Virus record (IMG/VR): IMGVR_UViG_3300027759_000102
Span: 1 to 58,709 of that record
DNA: 58,709 bases
Origin: a virus
Taxonomy: Duplodnaviria > Caudoviricetes
Strand: one strand, 5' to 3'
Below the pieces are notes generated by a model. The model saw only the letters and a list, made by a program, of their open reading frames with translations, did no database searches and was not told the DNA's origin. Below are positions 1-8,505 of this stretch, one piece after another; position 1 is the stretch's first letter, and the number at the start of each line of letters is the position of its first letter. Position numbers and translations under genes: made by a program.

Positions 1-632
1 CAATTTACTGGCGTATTTGTTCCTAAATTACTCCACACCGTGCTAGGTTCGCCAGTGATATTCTGCCAGTTTGCATTGGTATTGTCAGGTATTGGTTTCC
101 AATAAACCGCAATTACATCCCCAACGCTTCCTGTTGCTGCATTTCCAGTAATTACTGAAAACACACTAACACCTACTGTCCCTACTAAACCTGTTGCCGC
201 GTTACCAGTTAAATCGGCAGTCTTGCTATGCGTTACCGTTCCTACAGCACCAGACCCTGCAACTCCCGTTAAAGCCAACGTCAATGTTGGCGCTACCGTT
301 CCTACTGCTCCTGTTGCTACATCGCCATCTTCTGCTTCTGAACTGCTAGGTATTACTGTTCCTAAAACTCCACTACTTACTACTCCGGTCAACGCTACAA
401 ATTTACTTTGAACTACAGTTCCTACCGCACCGCTTGCTGCTACACCTGTCAAAGCAACAGTTATAGTGACTGTCGCCGTTCCTACCGCTCCTGACCCCGC
501 AACTCCTGTAAGAGCTACGGTTCTACTTTGCGTTACACTACCTACAGCACCAGCCGCATTATTGCCGGTAAGGATGGTTTCGCCATAGCCCCAACTACCG
601 GAACTCCAAGCTCCTAGCCCCCATCCCGCCAT
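1..632 (-). CDS. Gly/Thr/Val/Ala repeat structural protein, probable tail-fibre/appendage component; 3' end runs off the window
   Basis: Not in the ORF track. ATG at 632 reads MAGWGLGAWSSGSWG, then about 20-aa repeats (ALTGVAGSGAVGTV), and stays open to position 1. Confidence 0.75.
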   Translation of the reverse strand, partial: MAGWGLGAWSSGSWGYGETILTGNNAAGAVGSVTQSRTVALTGVAGSGAVGTATVTITVALTGVAASGAVGTVVQSKFVALTGVVSSGVLGTVIPSSSEAEDGDVATGAVGTVAPTLTLALTGVAGSGAVGTVTHSKTADLTGNAATGLVGTVGVSVFSVITGNAATGSVGDVIAVYWKPIPDNTNANWQNITGEPSTVWSNLGTNTPVN

Positions 633-642
633 GATTCACCCT

Positions 643-1134
643 TTAGGTGGTTGACAAGCGCAACAATGCGGTCGTGGTGGTATTAGAAGGCATAGTTAAT
701 GTAAACGTACCTGCGGTTACAGTCTGTGAACCAAACGTGTGAACAGAGATCGCTTTGTTTGACTGAGTGCTGTTATAAAGCAAAACTGTATCAAACGCAG
801 TGGTCAAAGTTACTGTCGTGTAAGCAATAGAAGCCGATGGAGTCCAATAAGCTACGCCCGCAGTTGCAGAACTGTTGGTTGACGTAGGGGCTGTAGCGTT
901 TGTTACCGTTACCCCGCCCGCTGAATAATTAGTTCCCGAAACTTCACCAGTAACTGTATAAGCTGTAGTGGCTGCATTAATGGTAGCCGAAGCTAAATAT
1001 AGAGCCGCCTTAACCGTATCGGTTGTTGGAGCCGTTAAACTGCCTCTGGATACAATCGTAGACGTACCAAGCTGATGCTGACCTAGCATTAACTCAGACA
1101 TAAACGACGTACACATGCTTTGTGTGTTTGCCAT
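643..1134 (-). CDS. Virion structural protein (tail-associated), paralog of 1347-1781
   Basis: Thr/Ser-rich beta-type sequence; shares K.ALY..AT.NA.T..YT..GEVS...Y.AGG and FGS....TFT...P motifs with 1347-1781; RBS AAGGA upstream. Confidence 0.7.
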   Translation of the reverse strand: MANTQSMCTSFMSELMLGQHQLGTSTIVSRGSLTAPTTDTVKAALYLASATINAATTAYTVTGEVSGTNYSAGGVTVTNATAPTSTNSSATAGVAYWTPSASIAYTTVTLTTAFDTVLLYNSTQSNKAISVHTFGSQTVTAGTFTLTMPSNTTTTALLRLSTT

Positions 1135-1145
1135 GATATTTCCTT

Positions 1146-1337
1146 TTACCCAATAGAAGCGAGTTCAGCACCCGCAAAAGATGGCACTTTTTTAAGAGTG
1201 ACATGTACCGAACGGTGAACTAACTCACCACATGACCAATATTCAACCCAAGTTGTAAGTTCATTATCATTATCAATAGACCCCTCGCGCTTCTCCAGCA
1301 AGGATTCATCCATATCACCTTTAGTTGTCGTAATCAA
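1146..1337 (-). CDS. Hypothetical small phage protein
   Basis: 63-aa ORF that fills the gap in the late operon; RBS AGGAG upstream. Confidence 0.6.
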   Translation of the reverse strand: MITTTKGDMDESLLEKREGSIDNDNELTTWVEYWSCGELVHRSVHVTLKKVPSFAGAELASIG

Positions 1338-1346
1338 TTTGAACTC

Positions 1347-1781
1347 CTATGCAAGTCTAATGATGGCTGATGTGTTAGTAGCAGCAGGAAACTGAACGGT
1401 AAATGTGTTTGTAGATGTCTTGTCAGAACCAAAGTCTAAAACACACACAGTTGGGTTAGTCCCACCGTATTTGTAGATTAACGCGCCTCTGGCTGTGGTA
1501 GCCATTGTCCAAGACACATTAGAAAACGAGATGTATGCAGTTGTTCCAGAAGCGCCAACCGTAGGCACTGGAGTAACCGTTAATATGCTACCCCCAGCAG
1601 TATACCCTGTTGCAGACACTTCGCCATCAGTTGTATACACCGCAGTAGATGCGTTTAGAGTGGCTAGGTTTGTGTATAGCGCGATCTTAAACACATCTGA
1701 TGTGCCGGTATTAAAGTTATAGGTTCCGCTTAACAGACCCGTTTTAAACACCGTGCAAGTGTAGTTCCCAGTGAATGCCAT
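1347..1781 (-). CDS. Virion structural protein (tail-associated)
   Basis: 144-aa ORF in the late operon, paralogous to 643-1134. Confidence 0.7.
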   Translation of the reverse strand: MAFTGNYTCTVFKTGLLSGTYNFNTGTSDVFKIALYTNLATLNASTAVYTTDGEVSATGYTAGGSILTVTPVPTVGASGTTAYISFSNVSWTMATTARGALIYKYGGTNPTVCVLDFGSDKTSTNTFTVQFPAATNTSAIIRLA

Positions 1782-1782
1782 A

Positions 1783-2484
1783 TTAAGTCACCGGAACCCT
1801 TGCCTGACCACTACGGTAGGCATCTTGACGCTCAAGCCCATCACCCAAGCGTTTGGCTAACATTAAGGCATCCTGATACTTCTTGTCGTAAAAAGCAATA
1901 ACGTCAGGCTCACCTTTCATAAACGTGTAGCCTTCAACTAATGATCCATACAGTAACACTGAGTCAAAGTTATCCCCTAGCCAAGTTGTTGTAGCAGTGG
2001 TAATGCTCTCTGGGTAGAAGAAGTAGTGCAATTCTACCGTATAGGTTGCATCTGGTGTTGGACCAAGAATAAACGACAATTCTGTTGGATACGTGGAATT
2101 TGGCCCAAACAAAGCATAATGCTGTGGCAATCCGGTATCCGTAGGCGTTGGGTATGCTTCACGTATAAAGTTAACATCTTTGTTAAGTAAAAAACTATAT
2201 GCCCCAGTAGCATCCACAACAGCTAAAGAATATGAAGCTAGAAAATCGTTGGGGGCAGATAAATACTTATTATTAGCTGTGACTGTTCCGGTTACGTTTT
2301 TACGCAACGATGGGAATTGAACCGTGTTAAATATACGTTGCTCGGCTTGAGTGATAAAGGTGTTTATCTGCTCTGTGCTAGTAATTGTAGTCGTGCCTGT
2401 CCCTGCGCTATTCGTAAAAGAAGTCGCTGGAAAATCGTTTTCAAGGTAACCCTTGATGTCTTCAAACAACGTACTGTAGTTCAC
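1783..2484 (-). CDS. Putative head-tail adaptor / neck protein
   Basis: FITQAEQRI, GPTPDATYTVELHY and LLYGSLVE motifs are typical of podophage adaptor proteins; position fits. Confidence 0.65.
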   Translation of the reverse strand: MNYSTLFEDIKGYLENDFPATSFTNSAGTGTTTITSTEQINTFITQAEQRIFNTVQFPSLRKNVTGTVTANNKYLSAPNDFLASYSLAVVDATGAYSFLLNKDVNFIREAYPTPTDTGLPQHYALFGPNSTYPTELSFILGPTPDATYTVELHYFFYPESITTATTTWLGDNFDSVLLYGSLVEGYTFMKGEPDVIAFYDKKYQDALMLAKRLGDGLERQDAYRSGQARVPVT

Positions 2485-2493
2485 AGTCTATCC

Positions 2494-2685
2494 TTAAGCC
2501 ATTGGGCCGTATGCTTTAGTGCCTTTGGTAGCCGCGCCATTACCACGAGTTTCAACGCCCGTAGTTTTAACATCGGTCTGTGGGTAACCGTTCTCACCCG
2601 TGCCTTCAGTATTAGGTTTTGGCTGCTTGTATTTGTTTAACGGAGCTTCACCCCAACCAAAGAACTCAAATTTGTCGTTAGACAT
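2494..2685 (-). CDS. Small basic virion-associated hypothetical protein
   Basis: 63 aa ending RGNGAATKG...GPMA; coupled to its neighbours. Confidence 0.6.
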   Translation of the reverse strand: MSNDKFEFFGWGEAPLNKYKQPKPNTEGTGENGYPQTDVKTTGVETRGNGAATKGTKAYGPMA

Positions 2686-2846
2686 TATCGACCCCTTCCA
2701 GATTTCTGGTTCATAGCACGAGCTACGTTACGCCCATACTTTTTAGCGTCCATTGAAGTGATGCCGCCTTTTTTCATGCCGTGCAGTTTCTTCTCGTGAA
2801 CTTTAACTTCTTTATCAGCGATTTGTTTAACTTCTTTGCGATCCAT
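2685..2846 (-). CDS. Small basic protein (53 aa, MDRKEVKQIADKEVKVHEKKLHGMKKGG...)
   Basis: Below the ORF-track cutoff. ATG at 2846 with GGAG RBS; stop TAA overlaps the next ATG (TAATG). Confidence 0.7.
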   Translation of the reverse strand: MDRKEVKQIADKEVKVHEKKLHGMKKGGITSMDAKKYGRNVARAMNQKSGRGR

Positions 2847-2856
2847 TATATATCTC

Positions 2857-3282
2857 CTAAGTAACAGCTACTGTGACAGTTCCAATTGATATGCTTAAAG
2901 CTAAGACGTTTGGTGTTAAACCATCATCATTTGCCCTAGACCCACCAACGGGATTCCAACCCCATTCAAATATACGACTACCGCCTTCAGGCGTTCCATT
3001 TGCCAGAGGCCCTGTTCCAGTAGGATTAATTTGTAGCCCACTGTTACCAGATGTTACGTAACTCACATCCGGTCTTGGTTCTCTTACTGCTTGCGGATCA
3101 TCAACCGGATACATACCTAATTGTAACTGAGGATGATCTTGTTCCCAACATTCAGGACATACCTTAATCGGCACGTTCTTTGTCTTAATAACTAACGTCT
3201 TTAACTGTGTAAGTTTAAACCTAAATCCACACCGATCACACTCCGCAATTGCATTTTTTCCAGAAGAAAATCTATTTGGCAT
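2857..3282 (-). CDS. Zinc-finger virion-module protein
   Basis: CDRC...CPEC motif followed by DHPQL and PRPD. Confidence 0.7.
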   Translation of the reverse strand: MPNRFSSGKNAIAECDRCGFRFKLTQLKTLVIKTKNVPIKVCPECWEQDHPQLQLGMYPVDDPQAVREPRPDVSYVTSGNSGLQINPTGTGPLANGTPEGGSRIFEWGWNPVGGSRANDDGLTPNVLALSISIGTVTVAVT

Positions 3283-3286
3283 AACA

Positions 3287-4009
3287 TCACCCTATAAATT
3301 GCTGTCTAGGCACAAAACGTATTGCGGCTTTTTCCCTATCTTCATCTGCTGCAAGCTGAAATTGTTGCTCGTAATCTGCCTTCAACATCATAATTCTATT
3401 GGGGTCAACATTAGGTAACTTCATGGATAAATGACTTGCTAACCCTGCAACCATACACGGCATAAACCTAAATGGTATATCTTGCCCGTTGATACCATTA
3501 CCGGCATCTTGGATGCGTCTTAAACGCCAGTAAACAAACGTGTAGGTCTGGCTGTTGTCAGGGGTAGGCCATACATGTATCTTAGGGTAAACAACCGTTC
3601 CTGTTGAATTTGTGGCCCCCGTCAAACGCTGAATCCATACTTGAATAGGTCTACCTTCAGCATTTTTGTTAGGGATAGTAGCGTACGTGGAAACGCTAAT
3701 ACGCGTGATGTTAATGTCAGTTTGGTTCTGCCCCGTGCCTGTACGTATCACGTGGTCAAGAAGATCAATAGTATCAACGGGTAAGTTATAGGCAATTTGT
3801 TGGTAGGTTAAAACTTGCTGGCCTTGCTCAATAGTCCACAGGTTAATACCACGATTAGCCCACTCCATAGTGAGTAGGTTCAACGAACGCCTTGCAGTCC
3901 GCATGTCATAGCCAGACCGCAGTTCCGCACCACAACGCTCGAACGCTTCCTCAACCAAGTTATTAAGGTCAAGGTTGAACGCTGTCGTATCTGTGGTCTT
4001 ATAAGCCAT
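3287..4009 (-). CDS. Head-tail adaptor / tail tubular A-like protein (P22 gp4 / T7 gp11-like)
   Basis: EEAFERCG, RRSLNLL..EWANRG.NLW and WPTPD motifs; position downstream of the capsid genes. Confidence 0.7.
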   Translation of the reverse strand: MAYKTTDTTAFNLDLNNLVEEAFERCGAELRSGYDMRTARRSLNLLTMEWANRGINLWTIEQGQQVLTYQQIAYNLPVDTIDLLDHVIRTGTGQNQTDINITRISVSTYATIPNKNAEGRPIQVWIQRLTGATNSTGTVVYPKIHVWPTPDNSQTYTFVYWRLRRIQDAGNGINGQDIPFRFMPCMVAGLASHLSMKLPNVDPNRIMMLKADYEQQFQLAADEDREKAAIRFVPRQQFIG

Positions 4010-4242
4010 TATCTAAATCTCGCTGTCTTTGTTGCGATGCTTTTCGGTTGTGCTACAAACTGCTTACCTTTTGCTTTACCTGCTCTTTTTGCCTTGGTTG
4101 TTGCGGCGTACTCAGCGGGGCTAAGACTCTTAATTGCTGCTTCCGGAAGATACCGCTCTCCCGTTTTACTCGATGGCTTACCAGACTTGGTACGCCACTT
4201 TTGATCTCCCCAAGCCTTTAGGGACTGTTGCGGTGCTTTCAT
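4009..4242 (-). CDS. Small Lys/Arg-rich conserved phage protein
   Basis: 77 aa containing QSLKAWGDQKWRTKSGK...GERYLP; highly basic; translationally coupled. Confidence 0.7.
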   Translation of the reverse strand: MKAPQQSLKAWGDQKWRTKSGKPSSKTGERYLPEAAIKSLSPAEYAATTKAKRAGKAKGKQFVAQPKSIATKTARFR

Positions 4243-4370
4243 TCAAAATCTTCAGCAGTTAAGCCAGATTCTTCAAAAATCAAATCTTCAATAACTTCTT
4301 CTGTACCGCAAGTGCATGGCCCACCTTCTTTAATGGCGCATTGGCACATATGTTTTATATATTCAATCAC
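4239..4370 (-). CDS. 43-aa CxC/CxC acidic peptide (MIEYIKHMCQCAIKEGGPCTCGTEEVIEDLIFEESGLTAEDFE)
   Basis: Not in the ORF track. GTG start overlaps the upstream gene end and TGA overlaps the downstream ATG (ATGA), so it fills the gap exactly. Confidence 0.6.
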   Translation of the reverse strand: MIEYIKHMCQCAIKEGGPCTCGTEEVIEDLIFEESGLTAEDFE

Positions 4371-4635
4371 GATAACCACCTCCGGCTTTTTTGTATTTCT
4401 TTGCTACTAATTGCGCTTTACGGGCTGACCACTGCCCCGCGCCTGTACCCTGTGTTGCTTCTGCTTTAACTTGTGAAACAATACGTTTGCGAAGACTAGG
4501 CTTAGTATAGTTCCCCGCGGCATTAACCCCGCCGCCTTCTTTATACAACCCAACGGGTTCATTCCCATCACGTTTTTTAGTCGTCTTGGGAATTTTAGAG
4601 GGGGCTATTGCCCCCATGCCGCGAGAGGGTTGCAT
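4363..4635 (-). CDS. Small basic conserved phage protein
   Basis: 90 aa containing GNYTKP...GQWSARKAQL...YKKAGGGY. Confidence 0.7.
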   Translation of the reverse strand: MQPSRGMGAIAPSKIPKTTKKRDGNEPVGLYKEGGGVNAAGNYTKPSLRKRIVSQVKAEATQGTGAGQWSARKAQLVAKKYKKAGGGYRD

Positions 4636-5889
4636 TTAGCACATCGTGCCGCGTGTTTTACCGCGAGACTCAATGCCGCCACCACGAGCAAACTTAACTA
4701 CACCGCCGGTTGCCATCTTAACCATAGCACCTTTGGTTTTGCCACGGGACTCAATACCACCGCCACGAGCGTAAGTAGCCATGTGACTCATGCTTTGCTG
4801 GTCTTTGGCAACATCTTTAGCAGAACGAGACATACCACCTTTTTTCATGCCTTTCATTTCTGCTTCTTCATGCTTTACCATTGAAGCAGGAGCGCCCTTC
4901 TTCTTAAAGAAGTTAACTTCTTTCTTTACCATTGCTTTGGATTCCATGACATTCCCACCTTTTTTAAAAGTTTTGGTGATTTTACCACCACGTTTATAGC
5001 CCATATTTCTGTCACCTACGGAACCGGGTTTACCGCGAACATAATCGTCAAACTCTTTGTTTTTTGCGGCGGTTTCTTTAGCTCGTTTAGCAGCTTTAAT
5101 TTTATTAGCGGCTTCTTTAGCTTCTTGCGCCCCACGCATAGCTCTAACTTCCGCAGTTGTTAGCGGCACTGATTTAACTGCTTCTTTAGCCATCAACCTA
5201 CCTAACCCAGCCCGAACAAACGGTGCTGCTGGGCCAGCAAGAGCAGCAGCAGCAGTCGTTGCACCCGTAATGCCAACATTCCTGGTAATTCTTTCTCGAT
5301 CTTCATCAGTTAACTCACGACCCGCACGAGTACTTGATTTTTTATTTAAGCCTGTAACCGCGCTAGTATCATCTTCTTTAGGCCTAGTCCTTAATTCGTT
5401 TCTATCATCAACTTCTTTAGCAACGGGTTCGTTGTTTACAGTGGGTGTAAAACTCCTAGTTTTTGCTGATGAACTGCCCCTACCACCCATTGATGAACTT
5501 TCTTCCACATCTGCTTGGGGTCGTCTTTGGTAGTCTAACAATTCACCATCCTCACCTTGCCCACGGCTACTATATACTTTTTGACTACTTGCGCGGGTGT
5601 CTTTATCATAGTCTACGTCGCTACCTTCATCACCGTTATAGCGTTTAACTTTACCGCCGTGTTTCATACCAGAAAATTTCTTTAAGTTTGCGTTTGGCAT
5701 ATCCATTGCTCCATGTTTAGTGTCAGGATTATTAATCTTTGCATTACCTCTAGGGGTAAACTTACGCCCTCTGTCAGCGGCAGTAAAATCCTGACCTACA
5801 GACTGAGGAACCCCTGCTTTTTTAGCAAACGATGGGTTGTTAGCAATCGCTGCCATAAAATTATGTTGCTTTTTAGATACGGAGGGCAT
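4636..5889 (-). CDS. Basic low-complexity virion-associated protein with repeated xxxGG motifs
   Basis: 417 aa, Lys/Gly-rich, with seven [MYF]xxGG motifs; abuts its neighbours. Confidence 0.7.
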   Translation of the reverse strand: MPSVSKKQHNFMAAIANNPSFAKKAGVPQSVGQDFTAADRGRKFTPRGNAKINNPDTKHGAMDMPNANLKKFSGMKHGGKVKRYNGDEGSDVDYDKDTRASSQKVYSSRGQGEDGELLDYQRRPQADVEESSSMGGRGSSSAKTRSFTPTVNNEPVAKEVDDRNELRTRPKEDDTSAVTGLNKKSSTRAGRELTDEDRERITRNVGITGATTAAAALAGPAAPFVRAGLGRLMAKEAVKSVPLTTAEVRAMRGAQEAKEAANKIKAAKRAKETAAKNKEFDDYVRGKPGSVGDRNMGYKRGGKITKTFKKGGNVMESKAMVKKEVNFFKKKGAPASMVKHEEAEMKGMKKGGMSRSAKDVAKDQQSMSHMATYARGGGIESRGKTKGAMVKMATGGVVKFARGGGIESRGKTRGTMC

Positions 5890-6074
5890 TATCTTTTCTG
5901 CCGTTTAAATAAATTTCTAATAGTTTCGGTTTCCCAAAGTCTAACCGACATATAAATCAGTATCACAATGCTACTTGCAAGGGTTACAACCGGCGGTAAC
6001 CACTGCATAATGTTACCTATACCTATCGTTAAGGCAGCGCCATCAGCCATTACTTTAACGTCGTGAGTTTCCAT
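5889..6074 (-). CDS. Small membrane protein (holin-like)
   Basis: 61 aa with a hydrophobic segment and a basic C-terminus. Confidence 0.6.
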   Translation of the reverse strand: METHDVKVMADGAALTIGIGNIMQWLPPVVTLASSIVILIYMSVRLWETETIRNLFKRQKR

Positions 6075-6329
6075 TTAGCATTTCCATTGACGCAAAGATT
6101 TGTTGATACGTGAATTAGGATCGTTTGCTGTTTTCGCACTCGTCAACTTCTTCTTCATACCGGTCATCCTCGCGCAAAACGAAGTCTTGCGGCTGCCACC
6201 TTCGGGTTGTGGGGCTTTTAATCCCGGCTTCCCCGGATTGGCTGCATTGTAGGAAGCGCGACCTTTGGCGTTTAAACCGCCTTTGGGGTTCTTGCCTTCT
6301 TTGCGAGTCCATGCTGGAGACTTAGCCAT
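6075..6329 (-). CDS. Small basic conserved phage protein (MAKSPAWTRKEGKNPKGGLN...)
   Basis: Start moved to the ATG at 6329 (RBS AAGGTGG, overlap with upstream gene); FCARM and W.C motifs. Confidence 0.7.
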   Translation of the reverse strand: MAKSPAWTRKEGKNPKGGLNAKGRASYNAANPGKPGLKAPQPEGGSRKTSFCARMTGMKKKLTSAKTANDPNSRINKSLRQWKC

Positions 6330-7056
6330 TTGCCACCTTAAGTTCTTGTGGTTTAAACATCGGATAAAGAACATCGTTACCAAAATCACCTTCGTATTCT
6401 TGAACGCCCATGTGACCTAGTTTGATCGTTGGGTCAATCCATACTTCGTAACCTTCTTCTCTTGCACGGTCGCAGAACAGGAAGTCTTCACCCATGTAAC
6501 CTTCTGGCGTTGACTTGAAATCAAAGAACGAAAACAACGTCTTACCTGCACGTTGATCTTTGTATTCCCACTCAGGATGCTTGTCACGTAGGGTTTCAAA
6601 CACCTCACGCTTAATCATCATAAATGCTGTTGCTACACGCTTTGCCCTAACCAATCCCATAGCGTTCATGGTTAGCGAACCACTATCTTCATCTAACGTG
6701 GCAATGTATGTTTTATCAGCTTTACGAACTGTTGGGACACCGGCAGCAATGCCTTTGTCCGTAGTCCAAGCCAACAACCTAAATACATCTTCTGCCGCAA
6801 AATTAATATCTGCATCTATAAACAACAAGTCTGTACACTTTGACTCAAGAAAATCCTGTGCTAATAAATTCCTAGCGCGAGATACTACTGAACACCCACA
6901 TATGCTACCAATCTGAATTTCTACACCATGCTGCAATGCTTGCTGACCAAAATGCACTAACGAAATAGCCATCTTTATTGATACTTTAAAGTCGTAAGCA
7001 GGTAGAGCTATAAATATTCTACGTCCATGCAGATCAAAGGCTTTTTCTTGATTCAT
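6322..7056 (-). CDS. GT-A fold (GT2-like) glycosyltransferase
   Basis: SRARN, LLFIDADI (DxD), GEDFLFC and LGH motifs. Confidence 0.75.
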   Translation of the reverse strand: MNQEKAFDLHGRRIFIALPAYDFKVSIKMAISLVHFGQQALQHGVEIQIGSICGCSVVSRARNLLAQDFLESKCTDLLFIDADINFAAEDVFRLLAWTTDKGIAAGVPTVRKADKTYIATLDEDSGSLTMNAMGLVRAKRVATAFMMIKREVFETLRDKHPEWEYKDQRAGKTLFSFFDFKSTPEGYMGEDFLFCDRAREEGYEVWIDPTIKLGHMGVQEYEGDFGNDVLYPMFKPQELKVANG

Positions 7057-7059
7057 GTG

Positions 7060-7356
7060 TTATCCGTAAAAGACTGTGATTCCAGTGACAGAACCAACGC
7101 TAATTGTAAGATATAGCGAAGTTTTAAATACAATACCTTCACCGGGAATTGACACATAGTAAGGAACAGGGTTTGTTTGTGATGCAATATCTATTTGGCA
7201 TAAAACAGTACCACCTGACCCGCCATCACGAAATTCAAATGTAGCGGCAGTTGCAGCTACTGGGGCTATAGAAAACCCTTTTAACCTTGCTCTTCCAGCA
7301 AACAAAGAACCAGCGGCACTTAGATGCGCCGAACTAACGTCTGTTTGAGTAGACAT
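7060..7356 (-). CDS. Small beta-rich structural protein
   Basis: 98 aa with IPGEGI.F...ITVFYG; RBS AGGAG upstream. Confidence 0.65.
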   Translation of the reverse strand: MSTQTDVSSAHLSAAGSLFAGRARLKGFSIAPVAATAATFEFRDGGSGGTVLCQIDIASQTNPVPYYVSIPGEGIVFKTSLYLTISVGSVTGITVFYG

Positions 7357-7379
7357 AATTAATCTCCTAAAGTGTTAAT

Positions 7380-7395
7380 GGGGGCCGAAGCCCCC
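7380..7395 (-). other. UUCG-tetraloop intergenic hairpin
   Basis: Minus strand reads GGGGGC-TTCG-GCCCCC with no clear U tract. Confidence 0.6.
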
Positions 7396-7403
7396 TAGAT
7401 TAA

Positions 7404-7931
7404 TTAAGCTGATGCTGGGAACTGTGCGCCATCGGAATTAGCAACAACGTAACGGCAAGTAATTTGAACAGTACCAGCAGTGCTAGGTGCGCCAGTGGTA
7501 AATGTTGGAGTTGCGTATACGATTACGTCTGTTGAACCAATACCAATACCATTTGGTGATGCGGTTGATGCTGCGCCGCAATATGCAGCTAACTGGGTTG
7601 CGGTAAGCGTTGGGCTTTGGCGACCGGCAGTAAGAATGGTGGTTGAAGGGTAAAACAAGTTGGCAGTTGTGCCATCGCCAATAGTCATTACGGCAGCAGT
7701 TACAGTGCCTGATAATGTGACTACAGTATCAACAATAAAATCTATAATCTGTGCGCCAGCAGGTAAAGTAAAACACTGAATAGCGGCGGCAGATGTTTGT
7801 CCAACCATGTTGATTTTTTTGGTCTGGGCGCAAGTAGTTGCACCTAAATTTTCAATCGTTCCAACAGTAGTTCCGGTGGTATTTTTAATAGTACCCAATA
7901 GCCAAGGGCCAAGATGCGTAGCAAACGCCAT
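7404..7931 (-). CDS. Virion structural protein (capsid decoration/fibre-like)
   Basis: Start at ATG 7931 with RBS AAGGAG (7939-7944); Thr/Gly-rich with a TLPAGAQI motif. Confidence 0.65.
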   Translation of the reverse strand: MAFATHLGPWLLGTIKNTTGTTVGTIENLGATTCAQTKKINMVGQTSAAAIQCFTLPAGAQIIDFIVDTVVTLSGTVTAAVMTIGDGTTANLFYPSTTILTAGRQSPTLTATQLAAYCGAASTASPNGIGIGSTDVIVYATPTFTTGAPSTAGTVQITCRYVVANSDGAQFPASA

Positions 7932-8020
7932 GATAAAACTCCTTATGCACAAGTCCCCATATCATCGGTGCATCGTCCCTCTAGGTGGGCTGATATGAGT
8001 AGAAAGTCCTAGACCTGCTA
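7932..8020 (-). ncRNA. Candidate structured cis-regulatory 5' leader with potential pseudoknots
   Basis: Stem CAUAUCA/UGAUAUG. Its loop carries CCUAGA, complementary to upstream UCUAGG, and AUGCAC, complementary to GUGCAU next to the RBS. Confidence 0.5.
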
Positions 8021-8022
8021 GC

Positions 8023-8051
8023 TTTATATCAGCTATTTTTTATAGTGTCAA
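8023..8051 (-). promoter_or_regulatory. Sigma70-type promoter
   Basis: Minus strand TTGACA-17 bp-TATAAA. Confidence 0.7.
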
Positions 8052-8073
8052 GCAAATAGGGTATTATCCAAAC

Positions 8074-8505
8074 ATGACAACTAAAGACCCCCAAACTAAA
8101 AAAGCGTACCATACTGCGTACTATCAAGCCAATGCAACAAGGCTTAAAAAAACAAATATAGATAGGAAACGAGCTGCAAAAGAAAAATGGACGTTATTTA
8201 AATCCACCTTAAAATGCGCAAATTGTGGTGAAAACCATCCGGCGACTCTAGACTTTCATCATGTAGAAAAACATCCTGATAACAGGCATGTCTATAATCT
8301 TACCAGCAATGGAGCGTATAAAAAAGCTATTAAAGAAATAGAAAAATGTATCGTATTATGTGCAAATTGCCATAGAAAAGTACACTATGAGGATCATAAA
8401 AAGAAAAAGGAGGCCGAAGCCTCCCTAGTTAAAACTTACTCTTCTTCCTCTTCCTCATCTAGTTCACTATCGTATAAAACCCAAGAATCTTCTTCTTCAT
8501 CGTAG
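8074..8505 (+). CDS. HNH endonuclease (free-standing, opposite strand)
   Basis: CANCG...LDFHH...C.VLCANCHR.VH motif. Confidence 0.85.
   Translation: MTTKDPQTKKAYHTAYYQANATRLKKTNIDRKRAAKEKWTLFKSTLKCANCGENHPATLDFHHVEKHPDNRHVYNLTSNGAYKKAIKEIEKCIVLCANCHRKVHYEDHKKKKEAEASLVKTYSSSSSSSSSLSYKTQESSSSS
8397..8424 (-). terminator. Rho-independent terminator
   Basis: Minus strand GGAGGC-TTCG-GCCTCC followed by TTTTTCTTTT, just downstream of the 8436-8660 gene. Confidence 0.75.
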
